In this document: one piece after another, positions 19,194 to 29,443 of the stretch
Layout of the letters: each line of letters starts with the position of its first letter
How positions within the stretch are numbered: the stretch's first letter is position 1
Source: Syntrophales bacterium
GTDB taxonomy: Bacteria > Desulfobacterota > Syntrophia > Syntrophales > UBA2210
Assembly (NCBI GenBank): GCA_963666365.2
Contig: CAXXNF010000002.1
Coordinates: forward strand, 1,568,001-1,632,000
DNA length: 64,000 nucleotides
Reading direction: 5' to 3'
Notes under the pieces: model-generated
Databases searched by the model: none
Seen by the model: the letters and a program-made list of their open reading frames with translations, nothing else
What the model was told of the DNA's origin: nothing
Position numbers and translations under genes: made by a program

Positions 19194-20090
19194 CTATTCG
19201 GTTCTTTTACTCGGTCCTGGCTGTGAAATATGTGTCGTAAGAGGCACACCCGCCACAACGCAGGAAATCGCACCAAACTTACAGGATTCCTGCATGCATT
19301 TAAGACAGCGAATGCAATCGGGTTGGTTCGCCCCCTCATAAAAGCGAACCCCCATGGGACATCCCTTGTAGCATTCCATGCAGTGAACACACTTGTCGGG
19401 ATGATGCACCATCCTGAAGACGCTTACCCTGTTGAAGAGAGAATAGATTGCACCGAGCGGACAGACAATTCTGCAGAAGGGACGGCGGATAAAAATCATG
19501 AGCGCCGTCAGAACCAGGAGAATTACAACCTTATTTGCAAACAGCGCCCCCCAGAGATCACGCAGCTCCGGTTGCAGCACGCTCATGGGGAGACCGGCTT
19601 CAAGCGTTCCCGCAGGGCACACTAATTTGCAGAACCAGGTCTGTCCGTAACCAAACTCGTCAACCACAAAAAGGGGCAAGAGAATAACGAACAGCGCGAG
19701 AATTCCGTATTTGACAAAACTCAGAAATCGGGGAATCTCAATTTTTCGCGAGGGAATTTTGTGGATAAGCTCCTGAAAAAACCCGAAGGGGCAGAGCCAG
19801 GCACAGGGCATACGGCCGACCAGGCTTCCGATAATCCCCAGAAAACCGATTACATAGAGCCCTACATGGCACTTTCCCGCCGCTATGCTTGGCCGTATGG
19901 CAGAAAACAGCGACTGCAACGATCCGAGGGGGCAGGCGCCCGTGGCGGCCGGACAGGAATAGCAATTGAGTCCGGGAACACAGATTGATTTCAGCCTCCC
20001 CTGGTAGATGCTTCGCGTAAAGGGGAACAGATAAAAGCCATTGCTCAAAACCGTGGCTGCGATCTGTATCCATCGTCTCAGGACCCACAT
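19194..20090 (-). CDS. Membrane 4Fe-4S binding protein (NapH/RdxA-like)
   Basis: CVPGLNCYSCP, ACPLG, GRMPCAWLCPFG, FCKLVCPAG, RPFCRIVCPLG, CxxCxxC...CP. Confidence 0.85.
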   Translation of the reverse strand: MWVLRRWIQIAATVLSNGFYLFPFTRSIYQGRLKSICVPGLNCYSCPAATGACPLGSLQSLFSAIRPSIAAGKCHVGLYVIGFLGIIGSLVGRMPCAWLCPFGFFQELIHKIPSRKIEIPRFLSFVKYGILALFVILLPLFVVDEFGYGQTWFCKLVCPAGTLEAGLPMSVLQPELRDLWGALFANKVVILLVLTALMIFIRRPFCRIVCPLGAIYSLFNRVSVFRMVHHPDKCVHCMECYKGCPMGVRFYEGANQPDCIRCLKCMQESCKFGAISCVVAGVPLTTHISQPGPSKRTE

Positions 20091-20239
20091 CAGCCCACTC
20101 CTATGCAGCTGAGACAGATATTGACGGCCTTTTCCCAGACTGAGGAAACTTCGCCCCCGTTAATACCTGCCACCATGAGCAGGAGAAAGAAAAAGAACAA
20201 CAGGAGCGACGTCTTGCTGATGCCGTTTTTCTGCGCCAT
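20090..20239 (-). CDS. Small membrane CXXC peptide (CD1871A-like)
   Basis: 49 aa, one TM helix, ends GE...VWEKAVNICLSCIGVG; TGATG coupling to next gene. Confidence 0.8.
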   Translation of the reverse strand: MAQKNGISKTSLLLFFFFLLLMVAGINGGEVSSVWEKAVNICLSCIGVG

Positions 20240-20345
20240 AGGCGATCCTTCCTTGCGACATGCGCGCCAGGTTCTCATTATATTCCATTCAAACCCGGCA
20301 TTCATGCCACCATTAAGCACTACACATTGATCACAGGACCCTGTC

Positions 20346-20855
20346 TCACCTTTGCCTTCCGCACTGATCAATCAGGGAGAGGATTTTTTCTTCAAGCACG
20401 CTTTCCGGTCTGCCCCCGAGGATCTTTTCAACAACCTCGCCTTTCTTTGCAATTAAAAGCAACGGAATTCCTGAAATTTTGTACTCTCTGACTACTTTTT
20501 CCCCGCCCCAATATACAGGGAAGGTGACTCTCATTTGATCCACCAGGGGTTGAATCGCCGATGGTCCCCCTATATCAACGCTCACACCGATTATCTTGAG
20601 ACCTTTTTCTGCATATTTCTCATGCAGTTTCTGCAGCACCGGCAGTTCCGCGCGACAGGGCGCACACCATGCAGCCATTGCGACGATAAAGAGAGGACAG
20701 TCGCGTTTGTGTATCATCTTTTCGATATCCGCAGGAGTGATAGGCTTCACCTTATTTTGTTTGATTCCCGCCGACGACCCCGCCGTCGACAACTGCAACA
20801 GCCCCAGTATCAGGAGTACCGTCATAAGTACCGATATGCTCTTGTGTATTTTCAT
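20346..20855 (-). CDS. TlpA-like exported thioredoxin/disulfide reductase
   Basis: Signal/TM segment, AAWCAPCRAELP, IGVSVD, cis-Pro GIP. Confidence 0.85.
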   Translation of the reverse strand: MKIHKSISVLMTVLLILGLLQLSTAGSSAGIKQNKVKPITPADIEKMIHKRDCPLFIVAMAAWCAPCRAELPVLQKLHEKYAEKGLKIIGVSVDIGGPSAIQPLVDQMRVTFPVYWGGEKVVREYKISGIPLLLIAKKGEVVEKILGGRPESVLEEKILSLIDQCGRQR

Positions 20856-21156
20856 CACACTCTCGCTTTTTTCCTTTAGTGGCGGTATGTTCTTACATAT
20901 AGTCCTTGATCGCGCGGAAGGGAACATGCGGTCTCCCGTTGACTCTCTCAATCCCCGCCGCTTTTTACATCTATCCTATTTCTTAATGAATATCAAGATG
21001 CCTTGACTCATATTAAAAGATTCGATGAATCGCAGAAAAGAAAAAGAAAATAGGACTCGCCTTTGAGGGTAAAAGGGAAGGCATCAACGCCATCGTCCCG
21101 GCGATTGAAGACGCTGGATTTCCCGTCATGGGAACACGTCCTCCCCTGCCATCTTC

Positions 21157-23841
21157 TCAGTGCGCCTCGTCCCAGTTTTTCCCGCTCCCCAGATTGACGA
21201 CGATGGGCACTTTCAGCGCAATCACTCCCTCCATTTCCCGCCGCACGAGGGACATGATTTCTTTTTTTTCGTCCAGGGGAGTCTCGAAGACCAGCTCATC
21301 GTGAACCTGCATGATCATCTTCGTGTCCAGATGCCGCGACTCAAGATGGGCGGCAATGCGCAGCATGGCGATTTTTATGAGGTCCGCCGCCGTTCCCTGG
21401 ATAGGGGTATTGACCGCCGTCCGTTCGGCAAACTGCCTGATCATGGCGTTTGAGCTTTTGATTTCAGGGATATAGCGACGCCGGTTCATAAGCGTGGAGA
21501 CGAAGCCGTCCTGCTCTGCCTGGGCAAGCGTATCGTCTATAAAGGTTTTGACCCCTTGAAATCGCTGAAAATACTGATCAATGTACGCCTTTGCCGTCTT
21601 TTGGGGCACATCGAGTTCTTTCGCAAGACCGAAAGGGCTCATACCGTATATGATCCCGAAGTTTATGACCTTTGCATGCCGTCTCATCTCGTCGTTCACC
21701 ATCTCGGGAAACACACCGAATACAGTAGAGGCGGTTTTCCGGTGGATGTCGTCGCCTCTCTCAAAGGCCCGAATCAGCTCTTCGTCTTCAGAAAGATGGG
21801 CAAGTATGCGCAGTTCAATCTGGGAATAGTCGAAGGAAATCAGCTCACACCCATCAGGCGCCGCAAAGGCCTGCCGGATGCGCTTTCCTTCCGCTGTCCG
21901 CACGGGAATATTTTGCAGATTGGGATTACTGCTGGAAAGCCTGCCTGTCGCCGTGGCCGTTTGGTTGTAGGAAGTGTGAATTCTTCCGGTGCGGGGATTG
22001 ACAAGTGCCGGGAGGGCGTCTACATAGGTGGATCTCAGCTTTTCCAGGCTGCGGTATGAAAGAATTTCAGCGGGAAATTCATAGGAACGGGCAAGTTGTG
22101 TGAGGACCTCAACATTTGTCGAATACCCCTCTTTAATCTTGCGCCCCCGCGGCAGTCCCAGTTTCTCAAACAGAATGACCTGAAGCTGTTTGGGCGAGTT
22201 GATATTGAACCGCTCTCCGGCAAGGTGGTATATCTTCTCTTCCGAAAGCTTCAGAAGCTCTCGCAGCTGCTGAGAAAGCTCCTTCAAAAGAGCCGTATCG
22301 ACAAGCACGCCCTGGGATTCCATAGAGGCAAGCACCTTGATCAGAGGCATCTCAACGGTCTCGAAGAGCTCCCGAAACCCTTCCCTTTCTATTGCCTCAC
22401 CCAGGAGGGGGACAAGGCGTCTGATCGTGTCTGCACCCTGACAGAAACAGTCCGCACTTTTTTCCAGCGGAACAGTGCGCAGAGGAACTGCTTTTGCGCC
22501 TTTTCCCGTCAGGTCGCTGGACACAGGAATATCATAATTCAGAAACTCTCTCGCCAGGGCCGACACACTGTAATCCCGCTTTGAGGGATTCAGAATGTAA
22601 CCGGCTACCATGGTATCAAAGGCAAGTCCTTTCAGTCTGATTCCCCTTTCACCAAGAATGATGAAGGCCTTTTTGACGTCCTGTCCCGACTTTTTCACGC
22701 TCTCATCCGAAAAGTACGGCGCCAGCGTCTCAAGCACGCAGTCTGCGTGAAGCCCCTGATCCTCCTCGCCTGTGAAGGGAATATACACGACTGTCTCTGC
22801 ATCCACTGCCAGGGCCAGCCCTGCCATGTCGGTCCGTTCAGGTTCGTTTCCTTCTGCAAGGACGAAATCAAAGGAAAATTCCTTTCGCTTTTCCAGGAGT
22901 GCCACAATCTTCAGGAACGCATCCTTTTCGACAATCAATTGCCAGTTTCCTTCTCTTATCTCAGCATCCCCCTTTATTTGCTGGAGCAGCGAAGAAAACT
23001 CGAATTGAGAGAAGAGATCCTTCAAGTGCGCCGTACAGGGTTCCTCGTAGGCAAGATCTTCAAGTTGAAGTTCGTCGAGCGCGACATCCCTTTTTATCGT
23101 GGCAAGTTCCCTGCTCAGGCGGGCCTGATCGGCGAACTCTTCCAGATTATGCCTGACACGGGCGCCCTTGACATCATCAATGTGCGCCAACACACCTTCC
23201 ACCGTACCATAGGCTTCCACCAGTTTGCGCGCCGTCTTTTCACCGATGCCGGGAACGCCGGGAATGTTGTCGGAACTATCACCGGCAAGACCGAGAATCT
23301 CGATCACTTTACCGGGTTCGACGCCGAATCGTTCCTTCACCCCCTCCACGTCATATATTTTATCCTTCATCGTATCGACTATCGTTACGGAATCAGAGAC
23401 AAGCTGCATCAGATCCTTGTCGCCCGACACGATGACCACCCGCAGTCCTTCACATCCCCCGTAGTGATCGACCAGGGTTCCGATAATGTCGTCGGCCTCA
23501 ACTCCCGAATGCTCAAGCGTGTGCAGGGAAAGGCCCTTCACTACCTCCTTGATATAGGGAAGTTGCACAACCAGTTCATCGGGCATTACCGCCCTGTTCG
23601 CCTTGTAATCTTCAAAGGCCTCATGACGGAATGTCGGCCCCTTGGAATCGAAGACCACTGAGATATAGTCGGGCCGCCAATCGCGACAGAGCTTCATCAG
23701 CATGGTGGTGAATCCGTAGATGGCATTGGTGGGAAATCCTTTTGAGTTGGTGAGCTCTCTGATCGCATAAAACGCCCGGTACACATAATTGCTCCCGTCG
23801 ACAAGAACCAGAGTTTTTTTCGCATCCGACTTTTCCGTCAT
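21157..23841 (-). CDS. polA: DNA polymerase I
   Basis: LVDGS..YRAFYA, EADD, SGDKD, TGRLSSSNPNLQNIP, DYSQIELR, QVHDELVFE. Confidence 0.97.
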   Translation of the reverse strand: MTEKSDAKKTLVLVDGSNYVYRAFYAIRELTNSKGFPTNAIYGFTTMLMKLCRDWRPDYISVVFDSKGPTFRHEAFEDYKANRAVMPDELVVQLPYIKEVVKGLSLHTLEHSGVEADDIIGTLVDHYGGCEGLRVVIVSGDKDLMQLVSDSVTIVDTMKDKIYDVEGVKERFGVEPGKVIEILGLAGDSSDNIPGVPGIGEKTARKLVEAYGTVEGVLAHIDDVKGARVRHNLEEFADQARLSRELATIKRDVALDELQLEDLAYEEPCTAHLKDLFSQFEFSSLLQQIKGDAEIREGNWQLIVEKDAFLKIVALLEKRKEFSFDFVLAEGNEPERTDMAGLALAVDAETVVYIPFTGEEDQGLHADCVLETLAPYFSDESVKKSGQDVKKAFIILGERGIRLKGLAFDTMVAGYILNPSKRDYSVSALAREFLNYDIPVSSDLTGKGAKAVPLRTVPLEKSADCFCQGADTIRRLVPLLGEAIEREGFRELFETVEMPLIKVLASMESQGVLVDTALLKELSQQLRELLKLSEEKIYHLAGERFNINSPKQLQVILFEKLGLPRGRKIKEGYSTNVEVLTQLARSYEFPAEILSYRSLEKLRSTYVDALPALVNPRTGRIHTSYNQTATATGRLSSSNPNLQNIPVRTAEGKRIRQAFAAPDGCELISFDYSQIELRILAHLSEDEELIRAFERGDDIHRKTASTVFGVFPEMVNDEMRRHAKVINFGIIYGMSPFGLAKELDVPQKTAKAYIDQYFQRFQGVKTFIDDTLAQAEQDGFVSTLMNRRRYIPEIKSSNAMIRQFAERTAVNTPIQGTAADLIKIAMLRIAAHLESRHLDTKMIMQVHDELVFETPLDEKKEIMSLVRREMEGVIALKVPIVVNLGSGKNWDEAH

Positions 23842-23866
23842 AGGTCCTCCACCGCTGGATATGCGT

Positions 23867-24316
23867 TTACAATTCAAATGTTGCTTTTATTTTATAGGTC
23901 CTTACGGCAGGCATGTTCAGGATATCATTAATTCCCGTTTCTTCGGCGATGCGGGTGATAATCCCTGCTATTGCTTCCGTGGAAGGGGCAATCAGCGTAA
24001 ACCATATATTATACTCGTGATTTCTGCGATAGTTGTGCGTGACACCATCATAGACATTTACTGCTGAAACGAAATCGGCCACTTTGTCCTCGGGTACGCG
24101 GGCGGCGCAGAGCGTGCCGGCGAAACCCAATTTTGTTCGATCGAAAATCGCACCGATTCTTCGAATAAAGCCCGCTTCCCTCATGTGGCCGATGCGTGCA
24201 AAGACCTCATCTTCGCCGATGCCGACTTTCTCGCCTATCACCGCATAGGGATTCGCGTCTATGGGGAAATCGTGCTGGATATAATTCAGAATCTTCCTGT
24301 CCACCTCGTCCATCAA
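23867..24316 (-). CDS. ahbA: Siroheme decarboxylase subunit (AhbA/NirDL-like, Lrp/AsnC fold)
   Basis: IQ.DFPI, IRRIGA.F, GVTHNYRR...YNIWFT; haem-cluster context. Confidence 0.8.
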   Translation of the reverse strand: MMDEVDRKILNYIQHDFPIDANPYAVIGEKVGIGEDEVFARIGHMREAGFIRRIGAIFDRTKLGFAGTLCAARVPEDKVADFVSAVNVYDGVTHNYRRNHEYNIWFTLIAPSTEAIAGIITRIAEETGINDILNMPAVRTYKIKATFEL

Positions 24317-25434
24317 TCCACCCCCCCGCCGTGTTCCGCATCATACCCGATCTCGATGTGCCTCTTCGGCTCGTAGGCGCAGAGCGGTTCCTCCGCAAGA
24401 TAGTCGCCGCTGGCCTCCCAGGCGCGTGCCCGGCATCCTCCGCACACCTTCAGAAATTCGCAACGACCACATTTACCCTTATACCGCCCAAGGTCTCTCA
24501 AATCTGCAAAGACAGGAGAGTTCCGCCATATGTCGCTGAAGGACTGTTCCGTGAGCCTTCCGCAATCGACTTCCAGAAAGCCGCAGGGCTGCACCTGTCC
24601 CACATGCGAGATAAAACAGAAGGAACTTCCGCCCATGCATCCCCTCGTCATGGCATGCAGCGGGTGTGACGAAAGGGCAGGCGCCTTTGCCGCTTTTTTC
24701 CTCTGGTGATAAATGCGGTAGTACTGGGGCGCACAGGTCGCTTTAAGCTGAAGCGTACAGTCAAGGCTTTTTTCAAAAAACCAGTGGAGGGTCCTTTCAT
24801 AATCCTCAGCGCCGATCTTCTGGTCGGCCAGATCCTTGCCCCGTCCGGTGGGCACCAGAAGAAAGATATGGTGGCCCGCGGCGCCGAGGCCTTCGGCAAG
24901 GCTGAAGATGCGGTCGATTTCCCCGATATTGCGATCCGTAATGGTTGTATTGATCTGAAATTCCACGCCGGCCCGCTTGAAGGCTTCAATTCCTGAAAGC
25001 GCCCCTTCAAAGGCGCCGGGAACGCCGCGAAAGGCGTCATGGCGTACCGCATCGGCGCCGTCAAGACTGATGCTGATCCGCTTGATTCCGGCGTCACGTG
25101 TTTTTCCGGCGATTTCGTCAGTCACCGTGGTTCCGTTGGTGGCCAGCACCATGCGCAGTCCCTTTCGGTCGCCATAGGAAGCAACCTCAAAGATATCATC
25201 ACGAAGATAGGGTTCCCCCCCGGTAAGGATCACCACAGGATTCCCCACTTCGGCAATTTCGTCAATCAGCCTCAGGCAGCGCTCGGTGGAAAATTCTCCC
25301 TCGTAGGGGCCGAACTGCGACGCGGCCCTGCAATGAAGACAGGACAGATTGCAGCTTCGCGTAATCTCCCAGGCCACCATCTGAAGCCGTGCGGGCAGTA
25401 TCAGCGAACTCTCTCGTGCTGCAGGAACTGTCAT
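24313..25434 (-). CDS. ahbD: Radical SAM heme b synthase
   Basis: WEITRSCNLSCLHCRA, LVPTGRG, KATCAPQYYR, SPASM C-terminus. Confidence 0.88.
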   Translation of the reverse strand: MTVPAARESSLILPARLQMVAWEITRSCNLSCLHCRAASQFGPYEGEFSTERCLRLIDEIAEVGNPVVILTGGEPYLRDDIFEVASYGDRKGLRMVLATNGTTVTDEIAGKTRDAGIKRISISLDGADAVRHDAFRGVPGAFEGALSGIEAFKRAGVEFQINTTITDRNIGEIDRIFSLAEGLGAAGHHIFLLVPTGRGKDLADQKIGAEDYERTLHWFFEKSLDCTLQLKATCAPQYYRIYHQRKKAAKAPALSSHPLHAMTRGCMGGSSFCFISHVGQVQPCGFLEVDCGRLTEQSFSDIWRNSPVFADLRDLGRYKGKCGRCEFLKVCGGCRARAWEASGDYLAEEPLCAYEPKRHIEIGYDAEHGGGVD

Positions 25435-25452
25435 TGCGATGAGGCTCCTTCG

Positions 25453-26427
25453 CTATCTCTTGAGGACCGCGGCGGCTTCCCTGGCAAAATAGGTAATGAT
25501 CATATCGGCGCCGGCCCGCTTGATCGAGGTCAGCGACTCCATCATGGCCTTTTCACCGTCGAGCCATCCCATACTCGCCGCCGCCTTGATCATGGAAAAC
25601 TCGCCGCTTACGTTATAGGCGGCCAGGGGAAGATCAAACTCCTCTTTCGCCCGCCGTATCACATCGAGATAGGGAAGGGCAGGCTTGACCATTATAATAT
25701 CGGCGCCTTCCTCCACATCGAGGGTTATCTCGCGAATCGCCTCGTCGCTGTTCGGGGGGTCCATCTGATAGGATTTTCTGTCACCGAATTGAGGGGCGCT
25801 TTCGGCGGCCTCACGGAAAGGTCCGTAAAAGCAGGATGCATATTTGGCGGAATAGGCCATGATAGGAATATTGTCATAGCCTTTTTCATCGAGGGCTTCC
25901 CGAATTGCCAGCACCTGCCCGTCCATCATTGCGGAAGGGGCTACCATGTCTGCCCCGGCCGCGGCATGGGAGAGCGCCGTTTCACCCAGAACTTCAATAG
26001 TTGAATCATTTTCAATGGTCTCTCCGTCAAGCATGCCGCAGTGTCCGTGACTGGTATACTCGCATAGACAGACATCGGTAATGACCACCATGTCGGGCAC
26101 GGCTTCCTTAAGAGCCTTCACGGCCACCTGGATAATTCCGTCCTTTGCAAAGGCGCCGCTGGCCAGTTCGTCCTTTGTTTCGGGAATGCCGAAAAGGAGC
26201 ACCGCCGGGATCCCCAGATCGCGGGCGCCTTTCACCTCCTTCACAAGATAGTCCACAGACATCTGAAAATGACCGGGCATGGACGGTATCGGTTTTTTCA
26301 CCTTCCTGCCGAAGGTCACGAAAAGCGGGTAGATCAGATCATCGACGGAAAGCGCCGTCTCCCTGATCAGCCTTCTGAAGTTTTCATTTTTTCTGAGACG
26401 CCGTGGTCGATAATCGGGAAAATTCAT
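25453..26427 (-). CDS. hemB: Porphobilinogen synthase
   Basis: [40 protein letters not shown]. Confidence 0.96.
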   Translation of the reverse strand: MNFPDYRPRRLRKNENFRRLIRETALSVDDLIYPLFVTFGRKVKKPIPSMPGHFQMSVDYLVKEVKGARDLGIPAVLLFGIPETKDELASGAFAKDGIIQVAVKALKEAVPDMVVITDVCLCEYTSHGHCGMLDGETIENDSTIEVLGETALSHAAAGADMVAPSAMMDGQVLAIREALDEKGYDNIPIMAYSAKYASCFYGPFREAAESAPQFGDRKSYQMDPPNSDEAIREITLDVEEGADIIMVKPALPYLDVIRRAKEEFDLPLAAYNVSGEFSMIKAAASMGWLDGEKAMMESLTSIKRAGADMIITYFAREAAAVLKR

Positions 26428-26531
26428 ATATCCCTCCTGGATAGTATCACGTTAAAGTTTCAAGTTTAAATTTGTGGGCTTTGTCCCGTTTAAAAATCCC
26501 CGAGAGCTTTATCCTCTTTAACTTCAATATT

Positions 26532-26612
26532 GTCATGCCGGACTTGATCCGGCATCCAGTCTTCTCAAATAGCTCCTGGATTTCGGGTCGCGCTTCGCTT
26601 GCCCGGAATGAC
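26532..26612. repeat. Bipartite palindromic REP/RPE-like element
   Basis: GTCATGCCGGACTTGATCCGGCATCCAG...CTGGATTTCGGG...CCCGGAATGAC: terminal GTCAT/ATGAC with two internal hairpins. Confidence 0.65.
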
Positions 26613-26732
26613 GATGAGAAGAGTTATGCAAAACTCTCGCCCCTATTATCCCCCTTTACAAAAGGGGATTTTACTGAGCCGCACCTCTGTTTCATAGACT
26701 TCTTTGAGCGGCCATTACAAGCGAAAAGAGGT

Positions 26733-27926
26733 TTATGAAATTGCCTCGCCCGCTATTTCCTCATCCGTCAGATAGCAGGCCGGATCCTCGGCCCATACAT
26801 CCCCGTATACCGCTTCGGCCCTGCAGCGGAAGTTTCCTCCACAGACATCGAGCCAGCGGCAGGCGGCGCACCGGCCTTTGACGAAAGATTTTTTATCCTT
26901 GAGTTTCGCCATGAGATCGTTGGACTCATCCTGCCAGATCTCACTGAAGGGACGCTCTCTGACATTCCCGAAGGACATGTTTCGCCAGAACTGGTCGGCA
27001 TGGACCTCACCGTCCCAGCTTACACAGCCGATGCCGCGTCCGGAGCTGTTTCCCTCGTTCATCCTGAGAAGCTCCAGGACTTCAGCGGCACGGGCCGGAT
27101 CTTCCCTGAGAAGCCTCAGATACAGATAAGGTCCGTCGGCATGGTTGTCGACGGTCAGTACCTCTTTCGGCTTACCCCGGTCGAAGAGATCCCGCGTCCG
27201 GTCCATTATCAGATCCACAACCTCTCGCGTGTGACCATGGTTCAGGTCCGCCTCGACAAGCGCCGATCCGCGCCCCGAATATACGAGATGGTAAAAACAG
27301 ATGCGGGGAATTTCCTCGGCCTCCGCCAGGTCGAATATCGCCGGAATCTCAAGGTAATTTGACTTCGTAATGGTAAACCTGATGCCCACCTTGATCCCCT
27401 CCTCCATGCAGTTCCGCATACCTTTCAGCGCCGCCTGAAAGGCCCCTTCCACCCCTCTAAAACGATCATGAACGGCGCCGATCCCGTCTATACTGACCCC
27501 CACATAGGAAAGTCCCATAGTGCCGTAAATGCGCGCCTGTTCTTTCGTTATAAGCGTTCCATTGGTAGAAACAACGGCCCGCATCCCACGATCCACGGCA
27601 TAACGGACAAGCTCGGGCAGGTCTTTCCGCATGAAGGGCTCGCCCCCCGAAAAGAGCGCCACGGGAGCACCGAACCGGGCAAGATCGTCGATCAGGGTTT
27701 TCGCTTCCCCCGTACTCAGTTCGTCGTCATAGCGAATGTTCTGAGAACTGGAGTAGCAATGGACGCATTTCAGGTTACAGCGCCTGGTCACATTCCAGAC
27801 CACCACCGGCCGCTTATCTTTTGAAAATTGGAGCAGGTGCGACGGAAGTTTTCCCGATTCGGAACCGTAACGCAGGACGTCGGAGGGCTCCACCCCGCCG
27901 CAATATAATTTCGAAACACCAATCAT
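26733..27926 (-). CDS. ahbC: Radical SAM 12,18-didecarboxysiroheme deacetylase
   Basis: MIGVSKLYCG, VVVWNVTRRCNLKCVHCY, LTVDNHADG, VHADQFW. Confidence 0.9.
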   Translation of the reverse strand: MIGVSKLYCGGVEPSDVLRYGSESGKLPSHLLQFSKDKRPVVVWNVTRRCNLKCVHCYSSSQNIRYDDELSTGEAKTLIDDLARFGAPVALFSGGEPFMRKDLPELVRYAVDRGMRAVVSTNGTLITKEQARIYGTMGLSYVGVSIDGIGAVHDRFRGVEGAFQAALKGMRNCMEEGIKVGIRFTITKSNYLEIPAIFDLAEAEEIPRICFYHLVYSGRGSALVEADLNHGHTREVVDLIMDRTRDLFDRGKPKEVLTVDNHADGPYLYLRLLREDPARAAEVLELLRMNEGNSSGRGIGCVSWDGEVHADQFWRNMSFGNVRERPFSEIWQDESNDLMAKLKDKKSFVKGRCAACRWLDVCGGNFRCRAEAVYGDVWAEDPACYLTDEEIAGEAIS

Positions 27927-29440
27927 GGCAACCCTTTCATGTGTGTCACAATGGCCTCGACGAACCCCTCTATCTCGAAGGGGCCCTGCATGATATCAAC
28001 AGCAAGGCCGGCCTTTTCCGCCGACGCTGCCGTGACGGGACCAATGCAGGCGATACGCGCCGTTGGCGGTATCTTCGACGGACCACCGATTATATCGATA
28101 AAATTAGTCACCGTCGAGGGGCTGGTAAAAGTGATCACATCAATTTCTTGCTCTTTTATTGCCCTGACAAAGTCCGTTCTTTCTCTTCCCGTACCGACGG
28201 TCCTGTAGACCGGAATCACGTCGACGAGAGCGCCTTGCCGCGCAAGCCCCTGCGGAATGACATCGCGCGCGGTTTCGGCCCGGGGCAGCAGTATCCGCGC
28301 ACCCCTTATATCAATTTCTTCAAAGGCCCTTACCACTCCTTCGGATATGAAATCTTCGGGAACCAGGTCAACCCGTATTCCCCTCTGCTGGATGGCAGCC
28401 GCCGTTGTGGGACCGATGGTAGCGATGCGCACCCCTTTAAGATCCCGAACATCCATGCTCAGACCCTGCAGCCGTTCGAAAAAGAATCTGACGCCGTTGG
28501 CGCTGGTAAAGATGATCCACTGGTAGGAGTTAATATTCGCAAGCGCGCTGTCGAGCAATTCCATGCGCTCAGATGGAACAATCCGGATCACGGGAAACGT
28601 AATAACCCGCGCTCCCTTTTCACGAAGAAGCGCCGCAAAAGATGCCGCCTGCGCTTCCGGCCTGGTCACTACCACTGTTTTACCGAAAAGCGGCCTTTTC
28701 TCAAACCAGGCAAGTTCCTCTCGAAGCGCCACTACCTGGCCCACCACAAAAATTGCCGGCGGTGAAAACTTTCGCTCTTCGGCAACCTTCGCAATATCGG
28801 CAAGCACGGCCGTCACCGTTTCCTGGTCCGGTGTCGTTCCCCACCGGATCAGCGCAGCCGGCGTGTCAGGACTTTTACCCTTTTCAATCAGCATCTTGGT
28901 AATGTGGAAAAGATTTTTCACCCCCATGAGAAAGACCAGCGTCTCGATGCCAGCCAGTTTCCCCCAGTCGAGACGGCTTTCTTCCTTGGTAGGGTCCTCA
29001 TGGCCCGTCACGAAAGCGACCGCCGATGTATGGGCGCGGTGTGTCAGAGGGATACCCGCATAGGCGGGAACGGCCACGGCGGAACTGATGCCGGGGACCA
29101 CTTCAAAGGGAATCCCCGCCTGCGCAAGGATCTGGGCCTCTTCGCCCCCCCGGCCGAAAATGAAGGGATCTCCCCCCTTCAGCCTGGCCACCACATGCTC
29201 TTTAAGCGCTTCATTGACGAGTATCTGATTCAATCTGTCCTGAGAAACGGTATGATCTCCCCCCTTCTTTCCCACATAGATGAAACGGGCATCGGGTTTT
29301 GCATAGGCAAGGATATCATCGCTTACGAGGTAGTCGTAAACAACCACATCAGCCCGCTCGAGGCATTCTTTTCCACGAATGGTCAGGAGCCCCCCATCAC
29401 CAGGGCCTCCTCCGATTATGTACACTTTTCCTTTGATCAT
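27923..29440 (-). CDS. cobA: Uroporphyrinogen-III C-methyltransferase / uroporphyrinogen-III synthase fusion (CobA-HemD)
   Basis: GGGPGD..LLT, RLKGGDPFIFGRGGEE, then FTSANGV and FTSPSTV HemD motifs. Confidence 0.93.
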   Translation of the reverse strand: MIKGKVYIIGGGPGDGGLLTIRGKECLERADVVVYDYLVSDDILAYAKPDARFIYVGKKGGDHTVSQDRLNQILVNEALKEHVVARLKGGDPFIFGRGGEEAQILAQAGIPFEVVPGISSAVAVPAYAGIPLTHRAHTSAVAFVTGHEDPTKEESRLDWGKLAGIETLVFLMGVKNLFHITKMLIEKGKSPDTPAALIRWGTTPDQETVTAVLADIAKVAEERKFSPPAIFVVGQVVALREELAWFEKRPLFGKTVVVTRPEAQAASFAALLREKGARVITFPVIRIVPSERMELLDSALANINSYQWIIFTSANGVRFFFERLQGLSMDVRDLKGVRIATIGPTTAAAIQQRGIRVDLVPEDFISEGVVRAFEEIDIRGARILLPRAETARDVIPQGLARQGALVDVIPVYRTVGTGRERTDFVRAIKEQEIDVITFTSPSTVTNFIDIIGGPSKIPPTARIACIGPVTAASAEKAGLAVDIMQGPFEIEGFVEAIVTHMKGLP

Positions 29441-29443
29441 TTC

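Noticed and set aside
17489..20855. Selenocysteine recoding in the redox operon
   Set aside because: All CXXC and Fe-S motifs are read without in-frame TGA interruptions; ORFs look complete
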